Shown: piece by piece, positions 1 to 15,865 of the stretch
How the letters are laid out: the number at the start of each line of letters is the position of its first letter
How positions within the stretch are numbered: the stretch's first letter is position 1
Assembly: GCF_009914755.1 (NCBI RefSeq)
Contig: NC_060931.1
Length of the DNA stretch: 64,000 nt
Source of the DNA: the human T2T-CHM13v2.0 reference genome, Homo sapiens
Reading direction: 5' to 3' (one strand)
Notes under the pieces: generated by a model
Databases searched by the model: none
Told to the model about the DNA's origin: nothing
What the model saw: the letters and a program-made list of their open reading frames with translations, nothing else
Position numbers and translations under genes: made by a program

Positions 1-503
1 AACACCTTGGTGAGATTTATCCCTAGATAGTTCATACATATTATGTGATAAAGTAAGAAATTGTTTTTGTTTTAATTGATGATTTTTTTGTTGCTAGTAT
101 ATACAAATACAATTGATTTTTAGAAGGCCCTATGTCCTAAAAATCTATGAAAATTATGAAAATATGAACTCACATATCATTCAAATTGCTTCAGAAAATA
201 GATTCAAATAGATTTTCTACATAGACAAGCATATTATATTTGAGTATAGTTTTACTTGTTCCTTTCAAATCTTCTGTACTTTTTTCCAAATTTGTATGTC
301 ATTGACTTTCAATCTGATCTTGCTATTTCCTTTCTTCTGCTACTTACTGTTTAATTTATTACTTAATTTTCATTTCTGAAGGTAGAAGCTGAGATTATTG
401 TTTGGAGACTTATCTTCTTTTCTAATAATAATTGAAGACTTTAGTGTTATACATTTCCCCACATGCATTGCTTTGGTGGCATCTCACAAAGATTTATATA
501 ATA

Positions 504-863
504 TGATATGGTTTGGCTGTGTTCCCACCCAAATCTCATCTTGAATTGTAATCCCCATAATCCCTACATGTAGTGGGAGGGACCTGTTGGGAGGTAATTG
601 AATCATGGGAGAGGTTTTCCCCATGCTGTTCTTGTGATAGTGGGTGAGTTCTCATGAGATCTGATGGTTTTATAAGCATCTGGCTTTTCTCCTGCCAGCA
701 CTCATTCTCTCTCTTGCTACCCTGTGAAGAGGTGCCTTCTGCCATGAATGTAAATTTCCTGAGGCTTCCCCAGCCATGTGGAAATGTGAGCCAAAACTTT
801 TTTCTTTATAAATTATTCTGTCTCGGGTATTTCTTCGTAGCAGTGCAATAATGGACTAATACA
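504..863 (+). mobile_element. THE1C/THE1D-type MaLR solo LTR
   Basis: Starts TGATATGGTTTGGCTGTG, ends GGACTAATACA, 360 bp; 5-bp TSD TAATA at 499-503 and 864-868. Confidence 0.92.
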
Positions 864-1145
864 TAATAGGTTTTTGTTTTTGTAGAATTCACAAACTTTC
901 TCATTTTGAATTTGATTTCTTTTTTGCTGTACAATTTTTATGAGAATGCATTATTTAGTTTTCAAATGCTTGGGGATGGTCCAGAAAACATTCACTCATT
1001 TATATCTAATGTAATTCATTTGTGATTAGAAAACATACTTTTATAGATTTAAATTCCTTTGAATTCATTAAATTTTATTTTATATACCAGAGCATCATGT
1101 ATTGTGGTAAATGTTCCATTGCACTTGTTAAGAATGGGTAGTCTG

Positions 1146-1616
1146 CACAGGTGAAACCAACACTACCATGAAGGCCATAAAGACATCTATCCCACCTCCA
1201 TTTTCTCTCATCTGCATTATTATTGTTGTTATTATTGTGAGAACACTTAAAATAAGATCCACCCTTTTAGAAAATTTTAAGCGTACAATACAGTATATTT
1301 TTTTAAATTTTAGAGACAGGATCTCCTTTTATCACCCAGGCCAAAGTGCAGTGGTATGATCATAGTTCACTATAACTTCAAACTCCTGGCCTCAAGCGAT
1401 CCTCCTGCCTTGGCCTCTTAAAGCCCTGAGAGTATAGGTGTGAGCCACTGTGCCTGGCTAAGTATTGTTACTATAAGCACTATACTTCTATACTTATCCC
1501 CAAAGTCATCAAGTTTTATACATTAAATGCTTATAGCTTTTTATATCTCAATCACACTTCAATAAAGAGGCTTACAGTAAAATCAAACCAAAACAAAACA
1601 AAGCAAAACAAAAATG
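1146..1616 (+). mobile_element. Short 5'-inverted L1MB-type 3' end with A-rich tail
   Basis: 16-bp TSD AAGAATG(G/T)GTAGTCTG at 1130-1145 and 1617-1632; antisense 3'UTR arm, then sense arm TATACTTATCCCC...CAATAAAG and (CAAAA)n tail. Confidence 0.75.
1297..1458 (-). mobile_element. FRAM-like Alu monomer
   Basis: Reverse complement reads GCCAGGCACAGTGGCTCAC...GCACTTTGGCCTGGGTGA...GTCTCT plus A-tail; monomer length; flanked by AGTAT. Confidence 0.75.
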
Positions 1617-2504
1617 AAGAATGTGTAGTCTGTTGATTTTGGTTGGAGTGTTTCATAAACGTCAATTAGGTAAAATTGGTGGATAGTTTTGTCTCAGTGT
1701 TACTTGCAATTTTTTCTTAATTGTTCAATCAATAATTGAAGAGAGGGATAATAGTCTCTGACTTAGAGATTTTCTGGTTCTCCTTGCCATTCTTTCAATT
1801 TTTGATTCTTTTATTTTAAAAGTTTATTATCAGATGCATTAATGTTAAAGATCATTGTGCCATATTGATGGGTTGACCTTCTTAACATTATATAATGACT
1901 TTCATTATTACTGGAATATTCTTTGTTCTAAAATATACTTTATCTGATATTAACTTAACCATCCCAGCTTCCTCTTGATTCATGTTAGCATGGTATTTCT
2001 TTCTCATTCTCTTAAATTGTTTTTTATATTTAAAGGGCTTACTATAAGTAACATTTAATTCTTTTATCCAAAATGACAATCTCTGTCTTTTAATTGCAAT
2101 GTTTAAACATTTACATTTATTTTTAACATGGGCAGAGTTAGATTTAAGCCTATCTTCTTATTGTTGGTTTGTTATTCATTGCATCCTCTATTTGCTCCCT
2201 TTTTCTGTTTTTCTTGCTTTATGTTGTATTTGTTGTTTTTATGACTATATTTATGAGTCTTTGCTGACATCAATTATAAATCTCTATTTTGTTATTTTAG
2301 GGACTATTTTACAGCTCATATTATACATGTTTAAATTATCACAGTCTTTCTTAATGTCATGGTATACCACTTACCATTTAGTCGAGAATCTTAAACAATA
2401 TACTTCAATGTTCTCTCTCCCAGATGGTATTCTATTATTGTTACATATTTTAACCATATTTATTATAATCTGCATATTGCATTATTTCTTTTGTTTATAC
2501 AGTT

Positions 2505-5400
2505 GTTTTTTTCCAGTTCTACTGAGATATGATTGAAAATAAAAATTGCATGTATTCAAGGTATACAAGTTGACTTTTTGATGTATGTGTATACCTGCCT
2601 CCTTAGCACAGTAGGTAGTCAGTCTCATAATCTGATATATGTATATATTATAAAAATTTTTGTAACAATCAATTTAATTAATATATCCATCACCTCACAT
2701 AGTTACATTTTTATACTGTATTAGTCCATTTTCATGCTGCTGATAAGACATACCCGACACTGGGAACAAAAAGGGTTTAATTGGACTTATAGTTGCACAT
2801 GGATGGGAAGGCCTCAGAATCATGGCAGAAGGTGAAAGGCACTTCTTACATGGTGGCAGCAAAAGAAAAATGAGGAAGAAGCAAAAGTGAAAACCCCTGA
2901 TAAACCCAACAGATCTCGTGAGACTTATTCACTATCACAAGAATAGCATGGGACAAACCAGCCCCATGATTCAATTACCTCCCCGTGGGTCCCTCCCTCA
3001 AGATGTGGGAATTCTGTGAGATACAATTTAAGTTGAGATTTGAGTGGGGACACAGCCAAATCATATCATTCTGCCCTTGGCCCCTCCAAATCTCATGTCC
3101 TCACATTTCAAAATCAATCATGCCTTCCCAACAGTCACCCAAAGTTTTAACTCATTTCAGCATTAACCCAAAAGTCCACACTCCAAAGTCTCACCTGAGA
3201 CAAAGCAAGCCCCTTCTGCTTATGAGACTGTAAAATCTAAAACAAGCTAGTTACTTGCTAGAGACAATGGGGGTACAGGTATTGGGTAGATACAGCCATT
3301 CCAAATGAGAGAGAATTGCCAAAACAAAGGGGTTACAGGGCCCATGCAAGTCCAAAATCAAGTGGGGCAGTTAAATTTTAAAGCTCCAAAATGATCTCTT
3401 TTGACTCCAGGTCTCATATCTAGGTCATGCTGATGCAAGAGGTGGTTTGCCATTGTCTTGGGAAGCTCCGTCCCTGTGACTTTGCAGGGTACAGCCTCTC
3501 TCCTGGCTGCTTTCAAAGGCTGGTGTTGACTGTCTGCAGCTTTTCCAGGTGCACGCTGCAAGATGCAAGTAGATCTACTATTCTGGGGTCTGGAGGACAG
3601 TGGCCCTCTTCTCACAGCTCCACCAGGCAGTGCCCCAGTAGGAACTCTGTGTGGGAGCTCCAACCCCATATTTCCCTTCCACTCTGCCCTAGCAGAGGTT
3701 CTCCATGAGGGCCCAGCCCCTGCAGCAAACTTTTTCCTGGGCATCCAGGCATTTTCATACATCTTCTGAAATCTAGGCAGAGGTTCCCAAACCTCAATTC
3801 TTGACTTCTGTGCAGCTGCAGGCTCAACACCATGTGAAAGCTTCCAAGGCTTGGGGCTCCCACCCTCTGAAGCCACACCCAAGATCTATGTTGCCCCCTG
3901 TCAGCCACAGCTGGAAAGGCTGGGACACAGGGCACCAAGTCCCTAGGCTGCACACAGCACAGGGACCTTGGGCCTTGCCCACGAAACCACTTTTTCCTCC
4001 TGGGCCTCTGGGCCTGTGATGAGAGAGGCTGCTGTGAAGGTCTCTGATGTGGCCTGGAGACATTTTCTCCATGATCTTGGGGGTTAATATTAGGGTTCTT
4101 GCTACTTATTCCAATTTCTGCAGCCAGCTTAAATTCCTCCTCAAAAAAATGGGTTTTTCTCTTCTACTGCATCATCAGGCTGCAGATTTTCTGAACTTTT
4201 ATGCTCTGTTTTCCTTTTAAAATGGAATGCTTTTACCAGTGCCCAAGTCACCTTTTGAATGTTTTGCTGCTTAGAAATTTCTTCTGCTAGATACCCTAAA
4301 TCATCTTCCTTAAGTTCAAAGTTCCATAAATCTCTAGGGCACGGCAAAATGCCATCAGTCTCCTTGCTAAAACATAACAAGAGTCACCTCTGCTCCAGTT
4401 CCCAACAAGTTCTTCATCTCCATCTGAGAACACCTCAGCCTGGACCTTATTGTTCCTATTACTATCAGCATTTGTGCCAAAGCCATTCAACAAGTGTCTA
4501 GGAGGTTCCAAACTTCCCACATTTTCCTGTCTTCTTCTGAGCCCTCCAAACTGTTCCAATCTCTGCCTGTTACCCAGTTCCAAAGTCACTTCCACATTTT
4601 CAGGTATCGTTTCAGCAACGCCCCACTCTACTGGTACCAATTTACTATATTAATTCATTTTCACACTGCTGATAGACATATATGAGACTGGGAAGAAAAA
4701 GAAGTTTAACTGAACTTACAGTTCCACATGGCTGGGGAGGCCTCAGAATCATGGTGGGAGGGAAAGGGCACTTCTTACATGGTAGTGGCAAGAGAAAAAT
4801 GAGGAAGAAGCAAAAGCGGAAACCCCTGAAAAACCCATCAGATCTTGTGACATGTTTCCACTATCATGAGAATAGCGTGGGAAAGAGCAAACCCCCATGA
4901 TTCAATTACCTCCCCTTGGGTCCCTCCCACAACACATGGAAATTCTGGGACATATAATTCAAGTTGAGATTTGGTCGGGGACATAGCCAAACCATATCAT
5001 ATACTATGATGGGAATACTTATGATCTACTCTTAGCAAAATTGAAGTATACATTATTATAAATATAGTTACCATCCTGTGTATTAAGTCTCCAGAACTTT
5101 GTCATCTTATAATTACAAGTTTATACACTTTGTTTCACATCTCTCCACTTCCCCCACTGCTGGAAATCCATCTTCTACTCTCCTTTTCTGTGAGATTGAC
5201 ATTTTTAGATTCTACATTTAAGTGAGATCATGCAGTATTTTTCTTTCAGGGTCTGGCTTATTTCACACACCATAATATCTTCTAGAGCCATTTGTGATGT
5301 CAGAAATGGCAGGATTTCCTTATTTGCTATGGTTGAATAATATTACATCCTATAAATATATGCATGTATATCGTATAATACAGAGACAAAACTTATGACC
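2505..5400 (-). mobile_element. L1MA-type 3' end split by THE1A
   Basis: ATATCCATCACCTCACATAGTTAC lies before THE1A; AAGTGAGATCATGCAGTATTT and AATGGCAGGATTTCC lie after it. Confidence 0.7.
2717..4999 (-). mobile_element. Full-length THE1A MaLR (3' LTR 2717-3068, internal 3069-4645, 5' LTR 4646-4999)
   Basis: Two ~350-bp direct LTRs ending CCAAA(C/T)CATATCA on +; 1.6-kb THE1-int with ORF remnants (ETIPENVEVTLELGNRQRLEQF); TSD TATAC at 2712-2716 and 5000-5004. Confidence 0.93.
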
Positions 5401-5872
5401 AAACATCTGACTGTTACTGTGTCTTACTCATGTGTCTTATGCAAACTTCATGCAGAACTGCTGTTTCTTTTTTTTTCACATGATAAATTTAGAGGAATAT
5501 TGAAATGCTGACCCATGTAATAGCAGTCTTAAAATGACTGTGACAGCTCCAAAAACTAAAAGATCTTTGTTGTTGTTGTTGTTCAAAGGAAAGCAACAGG
5601 TTGCAAGTCCTTGATAAGAAGAAAAAATAAGTGAGAGTGAATTTTTTAACTAGTTTAATTTTGTTTTGCCTTTTTGGCATTTTTTTCTCTTTTCTCTTGA
5701 ATAAAATCTCCCTGTCATTAAAGATCTAGTTCATATCACATCTCTTACAGATTTGAACTTTATTACAAGTATATATTTGTTGAGCAAATTTCTATTCCAC
5801 CTGATCTTACTTTAAAACACTTGTATACCACATTATTTTGGTAAACATTAGTTGCATGTTTATTGTTGATGC

Positions 5873-6000
5873 TAAAGTTGGGCGTATCTCTTGGCTATTC
5901 CAAGACAATCTTGGTTAATATCTGTCACCCAATGTAATCTGCACCCACTTTTAAATCTCAAAAATAGTTTTGTTTGGATGATATATTATGCATTAGCCTA
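5873..6000 (-). mobile_element. MER94-like hAT-Blackjack MITE
   Basis: Reverse complement TAGGCTAATGCATAATATATCATCCAAAC...TTTTGAGA resembles the recalled MER94 consensus; ~130 bp. Confidence 0.5.
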
Positions 6001-6341
6001 GTCTTACCAAATTGTGAACCAAAATTAATACAAAAACATTGAAGGCTTGAATAAAGCAGGAAAAATTTAATACTCAGAGACTATCAAAATTTTATCTCAC
6101 TCACGTGGAATCTAAAAAAGTTGATATCACAGAACCATAGAGAGGGATGGTGGTTACCAAGGGCTGGGTGTCATGGCAGGTAGAGTTGGTGGAGATGTTG
6201 GTCAAAGTGTTATTAGTAGCAAATCTGTAGGGGTCTGCAGCAACTCATTTCTTGCCTCCTTGGAGAAAAGAATTTGGCCAAGGGGCAGAAGTAGGTTTAA
6301 GGCATTAGGAGAGACCCAAGCAAGTTTTAGAGCAGAAGTTA

Positions 6342-7454
<1,113 letters not shown>

Positions 7455-7550
7455 CTAAAAAACCCCATTGTCTCAGCCCAAAATCTCCTTAAGCTGATAA
7501 GCAACTTCAGCAAAGTCTCAGGATACAAAATCAATGTACAAAAATCATAA

Positions 7551-9160
<1,610 letters not shown>

Positions 9161-10179
9161 ACAATGAGATCACATGGACACAGGAAGGGGAACATCACAC
9201 TCTGGGGACTGTGGTGGGGTGGGGGGAGGGGAGAGGGATAGCATTGGGAGATATACCTAATGCTAGATGACGAGTTAGTGGGTGCAGTGCACCAGCATGA
9301 CACATGTATACATATGTAACTAACCTGCACAATGTGCACATGTACCTTAAAACATAAAGTATAATTAAAAAAAAAAAAGTTTTAGAGCAAAAATGAAAGA
9401 AAGCAAAGTACACTTTGAAGAGGGCCAAGCAGGTGACTTGAGAGATCCAAGTGCCCTGTTCAGCCCTTGACTTGGGGTTTCACACAGTGACATGGTTCTG
9501 GGGTTTGTGTTTTTCCTTCCTTGATTTTTCCCTTTGAGCAGGCTTTTCATATGTGCAGTGGTCTGCCAGCACTTGGGATTGGTTTCATGTGCAGTGCGTT
9601 TACTAAAGTTGTGTGCATGCTCACTTGAAGCATTTTTTTCCTTACCAGTTGTGCATTCCTAGAGAAAGGTCATATATCAGTTAAACTCTGCCATTTTGTC
9701 TCTTAGTGTGTGTGTTTGAGCCTGCTTTCCCAACTCCTGAGATCTTATCGGAAAGCTGCTGATCACCAGCTCTGGTGTTTTCTACCTATTGAAAGACTGT
9801 CATTCCCTGGCACTGGCTGTGACCAATTATTATTTTAAAGAAGCAGTTTAACAAATGCCTGATCATCACCTAATGGTCACCCGACATTCCCTGTGGAGCC
9901 CTCTCCTGCCCTGCTCATGCCTGCCTAATTACCTACTCTAACAAAAGGATACAAAAATCTCAGGCAGAAGGAATAAGTTCTAGGAAATCATAGTATAACT
10001 GGTGACTATAGTTATAACAGTGTATACTTGAAAAATACTAAGAGAGTAGATGTTAAATGTTCTCACAACAAAAATGATAACTATGTGAGATAATACATAT
10101 GATAATTCACTAGATTTAGTCATTTTACAATGTATATGTATTTCAAAGCATCATGTTATACACAAAATATACAATTTTA

Positions 10180-10511
<332 letters not shown>

Positions 10512-12956
10512 ATAATAATAAAAAAATTTAATATATATTTAATATATATATAAGAGACACAGGAAAAAAGTGAAGAATAGTGATTGGAACCCCCTCTCTT
10601 TTTCCAACTCTATCTCCTCCTCCTTATCGCTGCCTTCATCATCATCCTTCTTCAATTCCTCTTCCTTTCTTTCTTCCTACTTTTGTTTAAAATTTATTTT
10701 AAAAGTGTTTGAATATTGTATTTCTAAAAGGAATACAATGACTTTTTTAAAACAATCTTATTTACTCTTTTTAAATTCAAACTTATAACTGCACAAAAAA
10801 AGACATTTCATTTATATTTTGATTTAGTGCTTCGAATTATTTTAACAGTTCATGTAAAACATTTATGTGAAACTTAACTTTTAACAGTTAGTTCAAGTAA
10901 AACATTTATGTAAAGCTATAAGAAAGTGCTTGATAAATAAAAATAAAAATAAAAATAAAATCAAAGAAAATTTAATAACCGACAAATATCTTCATGTAAT
11001 GCTAATATAAACTCTTTAGATGACCTCACTGAGCACATGGGTTTCAAATGAAGCTAAGTGGAATTTCAATTGCCTAGATCTAAAAGTTCTAAAATTCCTA
11101 TTGGAGAGACTTCTGAATAGTAAATATAATAATTACATGTATGATGTCAAACTATAATGCACATAAATGGCATTAGATGAGTCATAAAAAATGAAATATT
11201 GTAGCAGATATGAAAAACAAATTTGTTTCAGAAATAAAAGTTTTATTTTTGTTTACCCAGAGTTGTCTGTTATCAGGCTTAAATAAAATGTAGTCACAAA
11301 TTATTTATAGTAGTACCATCTTTGGTATTGAAATAAATGAACGATTTAAAAACAAGTCCCTTATATTTTATATTGGGTTGTACCTTTTAGAAGTGATATT
11401 CCACTTAATGCTTTGGAAAAATAAGTTAGTAGGAATGTAATTTAAATAAATGAATACAAACTATAAGTATTTCATTAAAAAAACTGATATTGCCACTTTT
11501 GGTTTTTGGGGGTTTTTTTTCCCTCTTTTCTTCGTGCCTTTACCTGCAAAGACCCCTGTGGTTTAAATAACTAGTGTGTGTACACTAATAAAAATCCCAT
11601 TAAATTAAATGGCCGGTAGGCATGCAGAATGTCCTGTCGCAATTTCAGAAGACAGTTTGTTACCAGACACCCTGCTATGAACATTTTATTTTATCAGGGT
11701 TAAGAAAAACGTTTATAAAATGTATTTATTTATATTTTAAACATTTAGAGGATCCTGGAAATGGTGGCTTTATATTATTTTCTCTTCATAGAATGAAATG
11801 GTTGAGTGGATTCCACATGAGGCACTATGTAGAATACCCTATAGCAAATGTATATAATCAACACAATTGGTCAGTAATTGTCATTCTCTCAACTATTATT
11901 TCTTTCTTCCATTTGTGAGCAATAAAAGTGGCAATTCAGTGCATATTGTGTTATAGGAAAGTGTTTACAGCACACACTGTATCTCTGTTCCAACAGAAAT
12001 AATTTCATAATTACAGAACTATTTTTTCTTGCAAATATTCTCTGCCTGACTTTCACTCTCTTACTTTTTAAAATATGAGCATGAGTTCATATTTTGTGAA
12101 GGTAGAACATCTTGCAACAGATTAAGGTGGCACTTCCAATAATGGCATAACATGAGTAATAAGTAATGGAGAAAAGTTTAAAATCCTGTACAAGGAGAAG
12201 AAATGAAAGCATAGGAGTTGGAAAACATCAGTGGAAGAGAAAGGAAGACGATAGAAAATTGGCATTAATTCTCTAATGAAAAAAGGCAAAACGCAGAAAA
12301 AAACACAGACACTATAAAATTAAGGAATCAAATCTTGCTTCTGATTGGGAAAAATAAAAATAAAGACAATGGTGAGAGTTTTGCATTATTTAGGACAAGC
12401 AAGCAGCAAATATGTTTTAGCCTTTGTGTTATCAGAAGAAAAGAAGCAAAGTTGAATACAGATAAAGCAATCTGGAGAGTGTGAAACAGATGCTCAATGG
12501 AAGAAATGAGAATTCAGCTGCAATGAACAGGGAGAGTATTCCTGCTAAATCAAAGACTCTATGCAGGTTACATATTGAAGTCAGCACTAAATGGGAAGTA
12601 ATCTTCATCATTTCATAAATGACAAGGAAGTCAACACAGACACTAGACCCTCAGGTTGACTAAGGGGTTCTGAAGATTGAAGAGAGGAAACATTGCACTT
12701 ATGTAAGATTCAAATGGAAAAATGTTTCACACTTAGAGACAAGGTGAGGGATTACAGACTAAGATAACCCAAGAATTCTTAACATCCAGATTAAATATAC
12801 ATAGAGTAATTGGTAAATGAAATCTCATAAGATATTTTATGTGCAAAGAAAACTGATCATATTTTTAGTGTTTCACCAGTATTAAGAAAGGAGAGGGAGG
12901 GAATTACCTATGAGTAGAATGTTGCATGTATTTGTTTCAGAAAAATAGCATATTTA

Positions 12957-13141
12957 GGCTGGGCGTGGAGGCTCTCGCCTGTAATCCCAGCAATTTGGGA
13001 GGCCAATGGGAGCAGATGACTGGAGGTCAGGAGTTCGTGACCAGCCTGGCCAACATGGCAAAACCCCATCTCTACAAAAAATACAAATAACTAGCCAAGT
13101 GTGGTGGCATATGCCTGCAGTCCCAGCTACTCAGGAGGCTG
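12957..13141 (+). mobile_element. 3'-truncated Alu (left arm and start of right arm)
   Basis: GGCTGGGCGTGG...CCTGTAATCCCAGC...CTACAAAAAATACAAA...GGAGGCT; no tail. Confidence 0.85.
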
Positions 13142-14261
13142 GAGTTTGCAAAGAAGTATATCTATATATTTTACACCTTTAAGTGGATAAGCACCATTAG
13201 TCATAATACATTAGGGAGCAAGTCAGAGGTCAACTTTATTAAGAGAACCAAGTTCAGAATAGTGAAGAGATTGGTAGGTGTGGCTTTCATAGAAAAATGA
13301 GTCTGACAATAATCTGTGCTGTCATAATTAATTCTAGCATTAGCCAGTAGTGAAAACCTGTGTGAGTCCCTTAATTCACTGGATTTGCCATCTTCTCAAT
13401 GGAAACAAGTTATGATGTTAGGTTACATTATAACTAAAATCTCAACAGTTCTGCAGTCGTCACCACACCCATGCTATATGATGTAAATTATTTTTTGGCT
13501 TTAAAGAATTTAGTTTATCAAACCCAGATAGAGAGCTAGGAGGAGAAATTTCTATTTGAACTGTGATTCAAGGCATGTCAGGAACCGCTAAGGAAGTTAA
13601 TTTGCTCTCCAGAGACCTATTAATATATCAAGTGGATGCCTCTCCCTGATGAAGCATATAAGTTAATTAAGGATGATTGACCCTGTCTGAAGTAGATGGG
13701 ATATATGGGCTGTTTTAAACCGAGATTCATGCCAGAAGACGTGAAGCAAGTTTAACACTTGGACAAAATGGAAGTCCTTCTACCCACAGAATTTTTTGAT
13801 AGAGTTAATAAAAGCTTATATAATACTGATCAATAGGTACCTTATTTGGTTATTTTAATTATATATTTATATAATTTCTGATACATATATTGTGAAGAAC
13901 TGATTTTTCAACTCATTATTTTAAAATTTATATTGCAATTTTTGTTTATCAGAAAAGCTCATAAAAGACGGTTTACTTGTCGATGCTTCTTCTATAGTAA
14001 TGCATTATAGAGTTGAATTGGTTATCTGTGTACTGTAACTGAATACTTTATTACCATCTGGCGGGTGCAGTCCAAATCACAAGCATAAAATCTCTAGGAG
14101 AAAAAAAAAATCAAAGGCTTTTGAACTTTTTCAACTTTATGTATCCTTTAAAACCAGAGGAATATAAATATACACACAACTTCAGATGTATGAGATTATC
14201 CCAGAGTGTCCAGCCACAAGTATTTTAACTTTTATTCTAAAAACAATATTGTATTGTAAAT

Positions 14262-14414
14262 CCTGGCTGGTCCAAATATGATCTGTGAACCTGCAGTATC
14301 AACATTACCTAGGAGCTTCTTAGAAATACAAATTTCAGAAGTATTGAATCTCGTAATCTGTATGTTAATAAGATCTTCATGTGATTTGCATGCACATCAA
14401 ATTGAAAAGCACTG
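14262..14414. mobile_element. MER5A-like hAT-Charlie MITE
   Basis: CAGTATCAACATTACCTAGGAGCTTCTTAGAAATACAAATT...GTGATTTGCATGCACATCAAATTGAAAAGCACTG. Confidence 0.6.
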
Positions 14415-14613
14415 ATAAACACTATAATTATATTTGCCTTTAAATAAATGTAGTGTTCTAATTACTAAACTTCCAATGAAATAATACTAAGAAAATTTAC
14501 TATCTCTAGGCTGTGATTTTTTAATTCCTACCATACTAGCTATGTTAGTCAGGCTTCTCCAGGCAAAACAGAGCTAATAGGATATAGATAGGTAGGTACA
14601 TGAATAGATCGAT

Positions 14614-14828
14614 CAATCTTGTTCAACCTCCCGCCTGCAGGCCACAGGTGGCCCACAATGGCTTTGAATGCAGCCCAAAACAAATTCATAAACTTTCTTA
14701 AAACATTATAAGATTTTTTACAATGTTTTTTAGCTCATCAGCCATTGTTAGTGTATTTTTTGTATGGTCCAGGACAATTCTTCTTCATCCAATGTGGCTC
14801 AGGGAAGCCAAAAGATTGGCCACCCCTG
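14614..14828 (-). mobile_element. MER30 hAT-Charlie MITE
   Basis: Reverse complement starts CAGGGGTGGCCAATCTTTTGGCTTCCCTG and ends GGTTGAACAAGATTG. Confidence 0.88.
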
Positions 14829-14867
14829 AGATGATAGATAGACAGATGATAGACACAGATAGATGAT

Positions 14868-14910
<43 letters not shown>

Positions 14911-14938
14911 GATAGATAGATAGAAGATAGACAGATAG
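14829..14938 (+). repeat. Compound (GATA)n tetranucleotide STR, about 10 perfect units at 14868-14910
   Basis: Read directly from sequence. Confidence 0.95.
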
Positions 14939-15499
14939 AAAAAGTGGGACTTTATTATGAGAATTGGCTCATGGAATTCTGAAGGTTGACTAGTCCCACA
15001 ATATACCACCTGCAAGCTGGAGAACTAGGAAAGCTGGTGGTACAACTCAGTTTGAGAACCAGGGAAACCAATAGTGTAACTCTCATTCCAAGGCCAAAAG
15101 GCTGATAAATGGCGGGGAGTGCTGGATTAAGTCCTAGAGTTCAAGAGTTCCTGAGAACCAGGAGCTCTGCTGTCCAGGGGCAAGAGAAGATAAATGTCCT
15201 AGCTCAAGAAGAGACAGAATTGGCCCTTTCTCAACTATTTTGTTCTATTTGTGTCTGTAATGGATAGGATGATGCCTAACTACATTGGTGAGGGAAGATT
15301 TTTCTTTACTTAGTCTACTGCATCAAACACTAATCTTCTCCACAAACACACTCACATACACTACATATATATGTTCATACATACGTACATACATACATCA
15401 TAGCTAAAAGAAGTAGCAGTGGGACTTTGGCAAGAGAGCTTGATTCTCTTAAGTTTAACAGGTCTAACTATAGGTCTTCCCATCTTTATCTCTTTTCAC

Positions 15500-15865
15500 C
15501 CTACTTGCTCACTCTGTTTGAAACCCACTAACCTCCTTGATTTGGGGTTCTTGCTTTAGAGTCTTTGCAGTTTCTCGGCCTGAAATGTTCTTCCATCCTG
15601 AAGTTCACATAGCTAGCCTCTTCTTCATTTCCATTGGTTCCCATCTAAAATATTCTGTAATCATTTGGCATCTCACGACCTTATCCCTCAGTCACTGTCC
15701 ACCCTCACTGTGTTTTAGGAGCCCCTTATAGCATGTATTGTTCTCAGACATTTGATAAATGTATTTGTTTAATTTATTATCATTTGCCTAGCCCAAGCAA
15801 AATGTAAGTTTCTTATTGACAGCCAAATTGTTCATATACTCAGTGCTAACAATAATGCCTCTCAT
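15500..15865 (+). mobile_element. L2 3' fragment, target of the full-length L1; continues to ~22105
   Basis: TTGCTCACTCTG...CTTTGCAGTT...AAATGTTCTTCC...AAATGTAAG; after the L1 it reads GTATTTGCTCAGAAAATGATGAA. Confidence 0.5.

Larger units (their letters stand above)
1..2500 (-). mobile_element. Old L1M-type LINE-1 ORF2 remnant, interrupted by a THE1 LTR and an L1MB insertion
   Basis: Degenerate antisense L1 ORF2 motifs (e.g. AAGAATGTGTAGTCTG...TTGGAGTGTT, GATTTTCTACATAGACAA) resume on both sides of the inserts; boundaries approximate. Confidence 0.6.
14541..15362 (-). mobile_element. MLT2B-type ERVL LTR containing MER30 and a GATA repeat
   Basis: TTAGTCAGGCTTCTCCAG...GAATTGGCTCA...CTGCAAGCTGGAGA...CACTCACATACAC. 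Confidence 0.75.

Noticed and set aside
2099-2536. 145-aa hydrophobic ORF resembling a membrane protein
   Set aside because: T-rich antisense strand of a decayed L1 gives F/L/I-rich frames by composition
3358-4640. Overlapping ORFs of 80-174 aa
   Set aside because: Fragments of the THE1-internal ORF region; the same peptides recur in MSTA-int at 53371-54400
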